From Amoebidium appalachense (Eukaryota; Protista; Ichthyosporea): 64,000 nt of DNA. The stretch lies in contig CAVNZM010000005.1 of assembly GCA_963693365.1 (NCBI GenBank), forward strand, positions 11,679,728-11,743,727, given 5' to 3'. Below, piece after piece: positions 26,773 to 63,793 of the stretch. The translations under genes and the position numbers were made by a program. The number at the start of each line of letters is the position of its first letter. The stretch's first letter is position 1. The notes beneath the pieces were generated by a model, which was given only the letters and a program-made list of their open reading frames with translations, was not told the origin of the DNA and searched no databases.

Positions 26773-28379
26773 GGGGGGGGGGGGGAGGGGGGAGGAGAGG
26801 GGGGGGGGGGGGGGGGGAAGGGGGGGGGCGGGGATGGAGGGGGTGAACGAACCACGGGTGATAAAAGATTGATTAGGTTTTTTCTGACCATAATTCTGCA
26901 GATTTCTGATCCTTTCGTACAAAGAAATCTTTGGGAAGAAACCTAATCAATCTTTTGTGGGTTTATTGGCCACAATTATATTTGTAAAACTGGACTCTTG
27001 TTATCGAGCGCTTTTCCCAGCATCCAATCATAGTGGGTAATGGAACAGACATGCAGGGGATATTGGGGGAGGGGGAGGAGGGGGGAGGGGGCAATGGGTG
27101 TGGTAATGTGGTGATGTTACGAGACAAAATGGAGGGGAAAAGGCTTTGTTAACCAGGGACACTCAAGAGGGAAATTACGATGGTCACTGGTGTGTGTGTG
27201 TGTGTGTGTGTGTGTGTCTGTGGTGGGGGGGAGGGGGGGTGGGGGGGCGGGATGGGGATGGGGGAGAGGAAGGGGGGGGACACATACCCGAAATCCGCAA
27301 TCTTGACGTTGAACTTGGCATCCAGCAAGATATTCTGCGGCTTGAGGTCTCTGTGCACAATACTCAGCCCGTGCAAAAACTCCATCCCGTCCATAATTTG
27401 CGTAAAAAGGCGGCGGCACTCGAGCTCAGGCAGCAGTTTTGCCCACGTCGAGTTGATGTATTGGAGAAGGTCCGTGGGGGCATACTCAAGCACTATGGCT
27501 ACCTCGCACCCCGTGTCAAATACGTTAAGAATCTGGCAGATGCGCTCGTGTGTTGCTTTCTGTGTGCATGTGTGTGTGTGTGTGTGTGTGTGTGGAGGTG
27601 CAGGGCCACGGGGAGAGGGGTAGGGGGAGGGGGGGGGGGGGGGGGGGGGAGGGGGGGGGAGGGGAGAGGGGGAAGGGAACAGTCAGAATCAAGTGTCCCT
27701 AAAATGAAACTGCGTCTCACCGTATTTCAACAGAATATTCCCTTTACTCGTGTCCCGAATCCTTGATACCCGGGGTCACACCCCTCCACCCTATCTACAC
27801 CAATGTTGAGGCCCACACAACCACCCTCTACATACACACTCTGGCTTCGCACATACACAAACAGGGCACACACACACACACACACATGTGGCACGCGCGC
27901 GCACACACGCACACACGCACACACGCACACACGCACACACACACACACACACACACACCTTCTGCACGTTGACTTCCTGGAATATCCTCTTTGTGTTAAA
28001 CCCCTTTGCCTTTTCGTTCTTCGTAATGACCTTCACGGCAACCTTCTCCCCGCTGATCCGATTATAGCCGATTTTGACTTTGGAAAATGTCCCCGTGCCG
28101 ATTGTCTTGCCGACGTCATAGAGGCCAAGTTGCTTGAGTTCGAGATCCTGCTGCGATAAGTATTTACGATTAAAATTTACGGTTAAAAAAGACTTTATGC
28201 AGATATGAAAAAAACACACACAGCGAGTCGAGTTCATCCACTGCGGGGGCGCCGGGGGGGGGGGGGGGGGGGGGGGGAGGGGGGCTCTAGTCATCCACAG
28301 TACCCGAGTTTCATATTACTGCAATGTGTCGGCGGTGGTGGTTGTGGTGGTTTGTGTGTCTGTGTGTGTGTGTGTGTGT

Positions 28380-28437
<58 letters not shown>

Positions 28438-29073
28438 GGGGGAGGGGGGAGGTGGGGGGGGGGGGGGGGGTGGGGGGGGGGAGAAGGGGGGGGGAGGGAG
28501 GACTTCTTACCCCAGGAGCAGGAGGCGAGCGTGGGACGACTGAGACGACGGGTGCTGAGGTCACTGGCTTTTCGTGCTGGCTGACTAGTCGTACGCTACT
28601 GCGTGAACCCGTGTCAGCCAATCACATCGCGCCAAAATGAATATTTATGCCAATATAATGATACCTGTTGGATTTTCATTTTTGCACGATTGACGTGATA
28701 GAGCATTCTATCTCCAGAAATCTATAGGCATAGATGCGGATATTTTGAGTATCGTGTGACCAGCAAGTCGTGGACGTTCCTGTTCTAAGAGAGGAAGATA
28801 GGGAGCCCCCCCCCCCCCCCCCCCCCCCCCCTCCGGGGGAGGGGGGGCGAGGAGGAGGGGGTTATTTGGACTTGAGATAGCCTGAGGAGATGTAAATGGA
28901 GGTAGAGGAAAGGATGGTAGCGGGGAAATTCAATCGTAAATGGAGGTAGAGGAATGGATGGTAGCGGGGAAATTCAATCGAAGGTTAGGAGGAAAGAGCA
29001 GATGAGGAGTGAGGGGAAAGGGAGGTGGGGGATGTGGGGAGGGGGGAGGGGGAAGGGTGGTGGGTGGGTGGGT

Positions 29074-29107
<34 letters not shown>

Positions 29108-30003
29108 AAGAGGGAGAGAGGGGGAGAGAAAGAGGGAGGGATGAAATGTGTACGTGCTCCCTCCATCTTTCTCTAGCCCTCTCTCTGTGTGAATCTGTGT
29201 TGTCTGCTATCCCTGTGTCTGAAATGTAATTGTTTCCGTCTGTGTCTGTGTGTTGTCGGCATTACCCTTGTGCTTTTGTGGTTTGTTGTGTGCCCATAGA
29301 TGATATGTCGATGTCGCCAATCGACTTGAGCATGGAAGATATCCAACGGGGGGCTGTGGGGTCATTCTTGCCTGCCTCGATTTCCTGCAGGTGCACACAG
29401 GGGTTATCTACACTGCAGATCTCATCTACCGATTTCTCAAAAATGTCTCAAGAGTGTATATTGCACAATCCTTTGCTTGAATATGACCGAGGCACAAAGA
29501 TATTCCGTACTTTTGGTAGACATTTGTATCAGAAGTATAGAAGATACAGATAGATTGTAAGGAAGAGTGTGGCAATCGGAGTTAAGACACAAGAAAGCGA
29601 AAAAGTGGCAGGAGAGTTTTCCTGGCTTCGTACCTTTGGGGGTGGCATGGGACCTCTATGTCTGAGCACAGCAGGTGGGGGCTTTGTGGTTTCATTTCCC
29701 GAACTCAGTGCATGCTGCATAAAAATACATATATGTGAATAAATATCCACACCTTGAACAAGGAGATTTTGAGAGCAAGGTAAGACTAGTTGACAAAAAT
29801 TAGAACAGAAGAGTTCGAAAACAGCACAGAAAAACTATACAAGCAGGCACGCGCAACAATCTGCTACTTTCCATGCGATAAGGGAATAATGGACGTGTTT
29901 TGTGGGTTTCTTTATTTCGCTGTTTTCCTTATCAATGCATGTGCATCGCTGGATAAAAAGGGACTTAAAGGGAGGATATGGGGACAGAGAAGGTGGTGGT
30001 GGT

Positions 30004-30038
<35 letters not shown>

Positions 30039-30823
30039 GTGTGTGAACTATTTTTTGGTGTGCATGTGTGTGGAGGGATAAACATAAAGTGAAAGGCAAA
30101 CACAGACGGAAATTGAGAGAAAGAGAGAGAGGGAGAAACAGAGGCAGACCGAGGTCGAGGGAGAAAAATATAGCGCACACGAGAGAGAGCGAGAGAGAGC
30201 GGGAAAGAGAGCGAGAAAAAGGGAAAGAAAACGAGAAAGTGATATACATACCTTCTGTGGATGTTGCATTTGTGAGTGGTGCATGCTGGATGCCTCCACT
30301 CCTTTTGCGTCTGCCATGCCATTCTGGGTGCCACGAAAGAACCCCTGGAACTTGGCAAGAAGTGATGTCTGCTCTTCCCTCATCTTGGCGGCACGGGTTT
30401 TTTATGAGGAATATACGGGTTTTTCTGTTTGGTGATTTTGGGTTAGATACATTCTTAGCCAAAGGATTCCTGTATCCATCAGTGCATGTGTGCAAATGTG
30501 TTCACATGCGCAAATGTGTTTGCATAATGGTGTTGTAGGGAACGAGAAAGGTCTACAACCACGTGGCAGTGCTTACAAATACGTCTTACGAATTGGTTTA
30601 CACTCCTACGAACGAACTCTGTAATTGAATGCTTCCACAAACCTGCTTTATGATTTCTCGGAACAGTTTTTTCAGGAAGTTTACTGGACCTTCCGTTTGT
30701 TTCCTTATGCAAGAGCACCGCCCGGCAAAGTCGCGAATGCATATTTGTTTGTGCAAAGAGTTTCCCCTGAGACTATTTTCCTTCTCCAAAAAAACTATAA
30801 CTTGTTATAACTGCCCCACCAGG

Positions 30824-30867
<44 letters not shown>

Positions 30868-31532
30868 ACTGGGGCAGGGTAATCTGAAGAGTTCGGCAAC
30901 CTCTGTCTCTGTTTACCCAACATCTTGGCTTTCGAACTTACACCGAGATTTTTCTATGGCAACTGAATAGCACTAGCCAAGAAAGGAAAAAAATGAGGTA
31001 TTTTTTCAATTGAGCGCAAAGCAAACTACTTTTAACAGCACCAGAACATGTTTGTCCCCTGCTGCAACGACAGTATGATGCATAAATAAACCAGGAACAC
31101 TGTGCTGATGCTTTGCAGAATATTCTAAGCTTCTTTCCGTGTAGTGAGTTTTGTACCAAAAGGGAAATGAAATATTACAAACGCGCGTTTTAGTTTTCAT
31201 GGTGTATATATTCTGCCTCAGCTGACAGGAGTGTTGTGTTTTTGTGTTGTGTGCTTTGATACAGACCTGGAAATGTCTGGAGACTCTGAGGCCCAACTGC
31301 GCGCTCAAACTGGCAGGTTTGCGTGCCTTCCTCTTTCTCCTTTCTTCTGAGCTCAAAAGAGCAACGTACAGTTCCGACGTAGCACCTTATAACTCTATAT
31401 TTGTATGCAAACAGTATCGGTCGAAGAAGTTGTTGCTCTAACTTGTTGTTACTGCTAACACTAAGCCTACAACGTTAAGAGCTTCCTCGTTCTTTCTCGT
31501 ATGATACCTTCAGCTCGGCCTGTATTGTTCAT
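25175..31532 (-). CDS. Ser/Thr protein kinase, CAMK group (AMPK/MARK/TSSK-like), with putative ~185-aa N-terminal extension (~487 aa)
   Basis: Kinase exons (high confidence): 27959-28150, 27288-27559, 26549-26737, 25867-26037, 25175-25265, giving [55 protein letters not shown]. Upstream exons (moderate confidence): 31508-31532, 31267-31385, 30252-30368, 29634-29714, 29266-29384, 28511-28598. These join in phase with GT-AG (total 1464 nt). Confidence 0.85.
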
Positions 31533-31926
31533 ACAAAAGCTCTAGAGCTTTCTCCTTGTTGTTATTGTGATGTGTTTTATATATTCTTTTCCTGCTTAGC
31601 CATGAACGAATAGGGCGGTCGAAAGAGCGTTTGACCTGCCCTGAACTGAGGGGACAGTAACCGTCAACAGTGCTGAGAGCCCCGTTTTGTTGTACGAAAG
31701 CAGCCAGCCCGGAGGAGGGTAAAAAAGCTGCCAACCTGACCAACAGACAAAAAGCTGGCCAACGGTCAGCTCGCAACAATATCCTCTCATAAGCAATTTT
31801 ATGCGTTATATGTTAAGTCAAATTACTCAGCTTATGAGTGTTTGTTGCGTGAAACATTAGTTCAAACAGTATATAAGCGCTATAAAATGTGCCCGGTTCT
31901 GCTGCATTATTGTGAAATTAGGAGAG

Positions 31927-32406
31927 CCAATCATCGTACCGCACTTTAGCATTTGAGCAGCCTACATTTGATTGAAGCATCTAGCCTCCTGCGGCATACA
32001 CAAATGTACACATAACCCGTATAAGGGAAGCAGAGAGATAAAAGCTAAGCAGACTAAAGAACCGAGCCTATTAATATACAAGCTGATTTATTTGTTATAC
32101 GCTATCATGTGTAGACAGGGTGAAGGCAATTAGGCATCAGGCTTGCAATGAATATGAAGCGGTGGCTATTGTTGATTGGGAATTTTGGTATCCTAAATAC
32201 CGTCTGTCTATTAGCTAATTATCACACCATAGCCTTACACAGCTCCTTACTACAGCCAATGAACCGATCGCTGAAATCCGGAAACCAATCGTCTCCGATA
32301 TCGGGCTAAAGACTAGGCTTATTCTCATTGGATGTCATGAAATGTGAAGCCGCTTTCAGTCATTTTCGATTGGCTTAAGAACTTTATCTTGACCTCGTAC
32401 GCCAAT
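31927..32406 (-). promoter_or_regulatory. CCAAT-box cluster, probable promoter of the kinase gene
   Basis: CCAAT/ATTGG at ~31927, 32176, 32256, 32285, 32327, 32368 and 32402, in a microsatellite-free island just upstream of the minus-strand ATG. Confidence 0.5.
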
Positions 32407-32679
32407 CAGCTGTAGCTCAGAGGGAGTGCAAATACCGCCACCGTACATGGCACCTACACACACAGAGACCGTACTACACCGTAATAATTCTCGACATTTG
32501 AAGGTCATGAAACAACTGCACTTAACGACTAAAGCTTCCTAGTTATCAGACGTGAACCAGCGGGAAAATTGAGAATGAAGGGCCTGGCAATAGGTCTGTG
32601 AGTCAAAGAGCAGAGAACTTTCGCGGAGGATCGGGGGGGGCGGGCCCGGGAGAGAGAGGCGGGGGGGAGGGGGGAGGGG

Positions 32680-32955
<276 letters not shown>

Positions 32956-33076
32956 GGATTAGCGAGAGTTGTTGCACAGCACTACACGTTTGAACTCGTG
33001 AGCCCGTATGCTCGTCAGTGTCACGGTGCATGACATTATTTCGTCGTGTTGGGGTGGACCCCGTGGGCCGGTGAAA

Positions 33077-33136
<60 letters not shown>

Positions 33137-34108
33137 CGGAGATTTGGCTATATATATAGGGGGGGGGGGGGGGGGGGGGTGGGCATGTATGTACACTTGG
33201 ACGGGTATATGGCATTTTTGCTAACATAACGGCTGCAAAGGGAGGGGGGGGAGGGAGGGGGGAGGGGAGGGGTCGGATACAAGTAGTTTTAGTTCTAATA
33301 TAGTTACATAGCATGGCGGATAAACACACCTGACAGTGTGTGATATATAGATCATGAGAGAAATACAGCACAGCTTTGCATGCGTGCATGATGACCTTCT
33401 ACATGCATACATACAGGTGGAAAGCCATGTTTGATTACAGAACAGGTGCCGATTGCAGTACTGGTACGTTACCTTAGGTGTACGTGTCGCAATACGTACA
33501 TAAGGTAGCTAACTCACCCAACTGCAAGGCTTCGCAGACGTGCGAGGCAAGTGTGAGACCTATGCACAGCTTGGAACTAAACAGTTACACTCAGTTGGTC
33601 ATCCAAAGCCTGAACTGATGGTCGGCGCCGGTCGCAACTTGACCCGCAAGTAGTTTTATCATGTTAGAATGTATAATAATTTATCGTGTGGGAAGTTCAG
33701 CACCTCTATGTTTCAGCTTCACACCTCTGTAATTCTTGTCTACCTACCCTCTGCAATTAGCGTCTGAACACGATTTGCAGGAGAGCGTGTTACCCATATC
33801 TAGAAGGGCCCTTAGGGTCTGCAACAGTTGTGCCGCGGTATTTGCAGACTCTAGACAGCGTGAAAACTGCACAGCAACCCTCAGCCCAGGCTACGTTTAT
33901 ACATCCACGTCATGCACCCCCATTGAAGTTCTACAGACCTCGAGGGCCCCCTCGGCGATTCAGTCCCTCCCCTCCCCCCCCCCCCCCCCCCCCCCCTCCC
34001 TCCCCACCTCTCCGCCTCTCTTGGCTGGGCCCACCAAAGCCAGGGAGTTAGCTCAGCACGTGGGGCGCACCAACGGCAGCCTACATATACAAAAACACGC
34101 GCGCGCGT

Positions 34109-34190
<82 letters not shown>

Positions 34191-34203
34191 TGACACACAC
34201 ACA

Positions 34204-34318
34204 TTTTTTATTTTATTTTATTTTATTATTTAATCACGTTTTGTTCCCGGAGAGCTTTTGCAGGCCCTCTATGGAAACTATCGTCTACCACACAGCTCCG
34301 ACAGGACACTAGTTAAGT

Positions 34319-34401
<83 letters not shown>

Positions 34402-34500
34402 AATACTGTAATAATCCTTTTTTTCTTTTTTGTTCCCGGAGGGACCCCTTGGGCCGTCAGGGGGAACTACCTTCTTCCACCCAGCACCGACAGTACTCTA
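34204..34500 (-). repeat. Two diverged tandem copies of a SINE/LINE-like 3' end with A-rich tail followed by (TG)n
   Basis: Both copies (~34240-34315 and ~34430-34500) share TTTGTTCCCGGAG...AACTA.C.TCT.CCAC.CAGC.CCGACAG.AC.CTAG, preceded on + by T-rich tracts and (CA)n. Confidence 0.45.
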
Positions 34501-34504
34501 GCTA

Positions 34505-34741
34505 CAGTCAGCGACGTGAAGGCAGACCCATTCACAGAGCCTAATTCGACCCTCCGTACGTGATCTTCATGCAATCAAACAGGATTAAATCTATGGAATT
34601 CGACGCTCATTGGCTGTGGAAAAAAGCAGAGGGGGGGTAAAAGGGGTAAAAAAAGGTGCTGCACTGACAATGGTCAAATCACAACGCCTAATTTTTTGTT
34701 TACATAGGTTGTGATTGGGTCTGCCTTCATGTCGCTGACTG
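34505..34741. mobile_element. Tc1/mariner-type MITE, 237 bp, TA target-site duplication
   Basis: TA|CAGTCAGCGACGTGAAGGCAGACCCATTCAC ... GTGATTGGGTCTGCCTTCATGTCGCTGACTG|TA: 31-bp TIR with 2 mismatches. Confidence 0.85.
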
Positions 34742-34982
34742 TAGGGTGCTACGGTATTATTAGCTAAGCTAACACACATCAAACAATCCTAACTATTTGC
34801 ACACACTTTGCTCAGGGTATTCACCCCAGCCACGCCGGTGGGTATGCTGTAATAACCCTAGCGCTAGTGTTTGGACTGCACTGAACACTAGTCAGCCATT
34901 TGAAGTTTGGCCACCCAGGCATTTATGCTTGAGCTTTATTTTGGTACAGTTAAAATTCCGAAGCCCCCCCCCCCCTTTTTTT

Positions 34983-35021
<39 letters not shown>

Positions 35022-35791
35022 GGGGAATGAATGTGGGGCGGGAGAGGGGGAAGGAGGAGGGGGCAGGGGTGGGGCGGCTGTTATACGTAAGGCCCTATAG
35101 CTATGCTTTAGAGAGAGCAACAATTCAAGGCGAATGTGGCATTGTATATGGAGCTGTGTGATCATATCATCATATGATTTGATGGTTAGAGAGGTGGGGG
35201 ACCACAGTAAGCGATATTGAGGGGAGGCTAAAGGGTCCCGGAGACGAGATGGAAGAGGCCCTTAAACCGTACAAGTAAATTTATGCCCCCCCCCCCCCCC
35301 CCCCCCCCTCCCCCCTCCAATTTTATTTTTTATTTCCTTTATGTTCTGTCTTTCGAATGCACTGGCAGGTGGAGGTGGATGTAGTGGTGCCCATGCTGGT
35401 GTCACAGTGGTGGGGGCTTTTTGCTTTTGCTCACGACTTGCACGTTTTGGCTTATTGATGCGCTGTGTCTGCATGCACGTGTGCCTGGCCCAGGAGGGCA
35501 AGCAGCTTCCGGAAAATTTGTATGCATAGTTATGCATGATCCAGCATGCTATAGTCATCCGTCCGCAAATAAGATCATCCCGAAATCTGGCCAGGGGGCA
35601 TAAACTGAAAACCCGGTTTTGCCGCGGACGGAATCTTTCTGGGACATGTACTGTTTAATCTCGATGGTGGAGAATTTCAATGGTGGAGGCCATCTGTACT
35701 GCTCAATACACAAAAAAGGTCACACCCAAAACACGACAGTATCAAAGAAGGTGGCGGTATCCGAGCAGTGCCTGTCCCATCCGGCACCTCC

Positions 35792-48417
<12,626 letters not shown>

Positions 48418-48830
48418 TGCGGAGAGGTTGTTATGATTAGACATTGCACCGTATTCTTGTATGCTGTGGTATATTGTGGTAGCGTGATGGAGGGATAGCT
48501 CAAGAGACGAGCTAAAGGGTATTTTCTGCGAAAAGACAACCTTGTGCATTACAATAATCAACCCTTTGTGATTTGCAAACCCCCCCCCCCCCTCCCCCTC
48601 CGCCCTCCCCCCCCCCCCCCCCTCCGCCCTCCCCCCCCCCCCCCCCGCGGAGGCCCAATATGTAAGCACACACTAATCATTTTCTCCAATGATGCCACTA
48701 TCCATGCAAAAAATGATCAATAGGATGACAAATCTTATCTGGTTGCATTATGCCCGATGTCCCCGCCTGATCACTATCTTTCCAAAGAGTAGCCACGCCA
48801 GGTGTGTGTGTGTGTGTATGTGTGTGTGTG

Positions 48831-48905
<75 letters not shown>

Positions 48906-49435
48906 TGTGTGTTTGTGAGTGTGTTTGTGAGTGCGTGTGTGTTTAGCGGGTGAGGGGGGGACGGGGGCGCGGGAGGGGGGAGGGGGAGGAGAGTATACTG
49001 TTTTCTCTTTTGAGGGTCACGACCCTATCATAATACAGATTCTGCCATTCGGAGGGACACCATGTTTGCACCTCTCATCACCCATTTCTCAAAGGGCGCC
49101 AATCAGGTAGGTTAAGGTTACTCAGCAGATGGATTTTCACCAAACAAAGGGGGTGCGTCTGTAACATAACCACATGACCAATAGAAGCCAGGAGATCCCA
49201 AGGTTCAAAAATTTGACTCTAAAGCCCGTCTAGGTTCGGTCTAATGAAGTCCACAATCTGGGGGTTTAGAGTGAAAGGAATATTGGGACCTCCCGACCTC
49301 TATCGATCGACTGGTTCAATTGAAGCACCCCAATCATCAGCGAAAAGACATCGGGTGAGTCACCTTAACAGGTCCCGTGCATCCCACGTCTACAGCGGCC
49401 GAGTCAACACCATCTTAAAAGAAATGGGGCAGAGT

Positions 49436-49471
<36 letters not shown>

Positions 49472-49686
49472 ACCCCTCTCCCTCCCTCACTCTGCCGACC
49501 CACAATGGAAAAACACTGTGCTGATGCATGTTTGGGCTCTACAAAGTCTACAGCACCGCGTGTTCTGTTCGGTAGCAATAGTGTTTAGCACGCCGTACAC
49601 TAAATTGTAAAGCAAACCTCCACACACACACACACTCACACACAAACACGCACACACGCGCGCGCGCACACAGAAACAAATCCACG

Positions 49687-49764
<78 letters not shown>

Positions 49765-50389
49765 CTTCTCTCTCCCCCTTCCAAGCAACCACCCATCTTT
49801 CTCATGCAAGGGGACAGGTGATAGCTGCTGGATCACGAAAACGGCTCAGAACTCAAGCTTAAGAATTAGCCGATAATCAAGAGATTTTTCTTCTCTTACA
49901 CTTCTGCTCTACATGCTAGGCAAAGAAACTCCTCTCAGATCCACATCGAAGCCGATGTTGATGTTAAAAGAAAATATTGTAAGTTCTCTATCATTGCTTT
50001 CTCTCATCTCAATCTCGGTCCCCCCCCCCCCCCCCCCCCCCTCCCCCACTCCCCTGAGGCTCTCTCCCTCCCCCCTCCATCCCTCTCTTCCTGTTTCCCC
50101 CTCTCCCCCCCCCCCCCCCCCCCCCCCAAGCTACCACTCTTCTTACTTCAGTCTTCGACCAAAAATCCCATTCTATGTCCTGGTGTCGCACTCTCTTAGG
50201 TTTCTTCTATTACTGCAAACAACGGAGATGTAAAATTTCCACGGTGGGTCAAAGGAATTTCTTGCCTCGGAAGAGTCGACTCTTATACAGGCTGTTGGCC
50301 AGCGAGCACTCCAGCGCCACCACTACAGCCACACACAAAAGCTTATCAGATGTTTCCGCTCCAACACATATTAATCAACAGGTTCATGA

Positions 50390-50420
<31 letters not shown>

Positions 50421-51499
50421 TGGAAAAGGACCAAATCAGCTTTACTATGCAAAAGGCATACACTTAGCAAATTGTGACATTTCGTGCAACAGAGAAAAGG
50501 AAGCCGCCAGACTTGGTTGTTAAGTGCCTTGAAATCCCTGCTCACGGAAGAGACATCAATAGGGCACGTGGTGCATATATCTGCACGTGACTTTATGTTC
50601 GAAAAGACCGGTGTTAACAAAAAGGCAGTTGTAATGCAGCGTCATAAATAGACATGTATGCATCCCCTCCCTCCCTCCCTCACTTACTTTCTCTTTTCTC
50701 GCTTTTTTCTTTCTCTCCCACACCCCCTCCCGTCAACCTCTCCAACTCCCCCTCCTCTTGTTTCCCCCACACTCTCTCCCCCTCCCCCCTCTCCCTCCCC
50801 CCTTCTCCCCCCTCCCCCCCCCCCCCACACACACACACTCTCTCTCTCCCTCTCGTCAACCCCCCCCCCTCTCCCCCCCCCATCACCACCACCACCACCA
50901 CACACACAAACTACCTTCCTCCTTTTACTTCAGGCTTCACCCATAAATCCCAGCCCATGTCTGGTGTGTGCGTGCCTAGGTTTTTAGTGACCTGATGTCA
51001 CTAACCATACCCCGAAGCTTCAGGTTTAGCTCACCTGCAGCTGCCATGCCTGCAAAGGCAGTTAATGGCAGCAAAATCAGACCTAGAATACCCATCACTT
51101 CTTCCTCCTCTCTGAAACTTCGTTGTTTGAAAGAGCCTACGCTTCAAAGCCTACTAATTATTGACACAAGACAAGACCGTTACAGGAACCCATGAATCGA
51201 ACTCAAACGCCAAGAACCGACTTGAAGGCGTCCAAAGCCTACAAACTTGTTTCTTATAAAGTTGTGCGCTGCAACGAATGCCCGTTCTGGCGGAGTGTGC
51301 GCTGGCCGGCCACGTGCCGTACCGGCCATAGCCCAACGGCCCAACTCTCCGGGGCACGTGTGCTGCCCCGGCCTGCGTAGCCTGCCGGCCAAGTCGGCAT
51401 CCGAGAAACAGCCCACGTTACAGCGTTATTAGCCCTCCGAAGCTACAACTCAACCGTGACAAGAGACAAGAGAGCTGCACAAGAGCCTGGGCTGACCGA

Positions 51500-52430
51500 G
51501 CTGGCCTCAGAATTCGAGAATGACGTCAGAGATGGATGCTCCATTAACCAATCATGTTGATTTGATGACGCAAATGATACCGTATATGCCAATCAGCGGT
51601 TTGAATCATGTTTACGCAAATATCACGCACCCCGGCCAAGGCCTCCTACTCTCGACGTCAGAGTAGGGGAGGCCTTGATCAAGGCCCGGCCTGGAGTCCC
51701 GGAACGGAGCACCGTCTTCTAGAGCACTGTGTCCCAGAATGCCATGACGTCAGCAGATCAAATCTCTGGTTCAAAAATTTGTCAGCAGGGTTGGGCTGGG
51801 GTGGGCCAGTTTAACCGTTTTGTCCTTTGGCCAATCGTAACGGACAGTTTCTTAATCGATTATGGGGGGGTTCTTGGGGATCTGCAAGCCCAGCTAAAAA
51901 CGCCCCTCCAGTCGCAAAACTCAAAATACGCGTTTTTACAAATTAAGTATCGCAAAATTACAAGCCCTAGACACTTGTCGGGGTTCGATATTGCTCATGA
52001 GAAGCGCTGTAGATATGTTCTTGAACAGAAATATTGAAAACATTAGGTACAGTTAGATATTAGGGGGCCTTAAAGCGTTTATAATGCTATACATCTGATA
52101 CGAAAGCTGTTACGACGGCACCTAACCTTATTCGTATCGGGGTCTTTCGTTAATCGTAATTACGACGCTTTTTTTCCGTAATCCCCCCCCTGTTTGTCAG
52201 TCACTTGCAGCTGGCGAGTCAGAATGAAACAACTTCACGCCCTACGTAGCCACTGTTGTAGACCTGGTACTGAGGATTTCATAGCCCTTGAAATTCAGTC
52301 TTGTAAATACAAGTGAGCAAAAATCTCATTGTTAATAAGCTATTTCAGTTTTGCTTTTGAAGCAGCTTTTAAGAAAAGTTTGAAGAGGTCCGCTCACACC
52401 AAACAAGCACCGATACATAGTTTGTAAAGA
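51500..52430. promoter_or_regulatory. Probable bidirectional promoter (TBC-like gene / drebrin-like gene) with CRE and CCAAT motifs
   Basis: TGACGTCA at 51521-51528 and 51745-51752, GACGTCA at 51654, and CCAAT at ~51548, 51589 and 51831, in a microsatellite-free island between divergent genes. Confidence 0.55.
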
Positions 52431-52433
52431 AAC

Positions 52434-62883
<10,450 letters not shown>

Positions 62884-63136
62884 CCACCCGATGCTAAAAA
62901 TAGCCGGTGGACTTCCTGCTAGGCTACATTGCCGAAATGTCGAGCGATATTACCCTTTAGATGCAGACAGACGATTGGTTTACCTATTTTTTCATATATG
63001 ATTCGATATACAGTGATTGGGTTTACTATGTTATAGCTATAGGCATATATGATTTCCATACACAAACGTTGAATTGGGTTCCTAGTGTTTAGGCATCTAT
63101 GTTCGATTCGCTCACATGTGGTAAATTTTTATATTA

Positions 63137-63322
63137 CAGTCACCGCTCGATATAACACCCCCCCCTGGTTACACTCCGGGGGGGCGTTATATCGTGGGGG
63201 ACGCTATATCGTAATGTGTCCACGTTCAAATCCTGCTTGAGACCCAAAATCGGTGACATCCTGGGGGGGCGCTATATTGGGGGGGGCGCTGTATAATGGG
63301 GGTGTTTATCGAGCGGTGACTG
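63137..63322. mobile_element. Tc1/mariner (pogo-like) MITE, 186 bp, TA target-site duplication
   Basis: TA|CAGTCACCGCTCGATA...TATCGAGCGGTGACTG|TA perfect 16-bp TIR, with internal GGGGCG(C/T)TATAT subterminal repeats. Confidence 0.9.
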
Positions 63323-63534
63323 TAGGCTGTAAGTACTGGGGTCGTGGGTTACACTCGCAGGTGTTTGTCTGTGTTACATATACGTATACCCAGTTGGCTT
63401 GCGAGAATTTGGCTAATTTTGCATGTGCTGTGCACAGTGTAAGCGATTGGAGTTTGCTTGGAGTTTTTTGAGAGTAAAGGTATAGGCCTAGCGTGTGTCC
63501 TTCAAATTATTGTGTGCAGCCCCCCCCCCCCCTC

Positions 63535-63594
<60 letters not shown>

Positions 63595-63762
63595 AGAAAA
63601 GAAAAGAAAAGAAAAGAAAAAAAATTGAAAAAAATTGAAAAAAGGGAAAACGTCACCCCTTTCCCCGGCCATCGCTCCTGTCTCTCGAACTCTCTGTGCC
63701 CTCCTGTATAGAAGTTTGGACGCTTTGTAGAACCCCAGATTTTGCTGTGCTTGTTTCCCCCT

Positions 63763-63793
<31 letters not shown>

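Noticed and set aside
28892-28981. 45-nt direct repeat x2 (also short duplications at 25281-25318 and 2423-2450)
   Set aside because: Simple local slippage duplications with no further structure.
34043-34085. tRNA or tRNA-derived SINE head (GGGAGTTAGCTCAG)
   Set aside because: No GTTCRA T-loop/B box and no cloverleaf.
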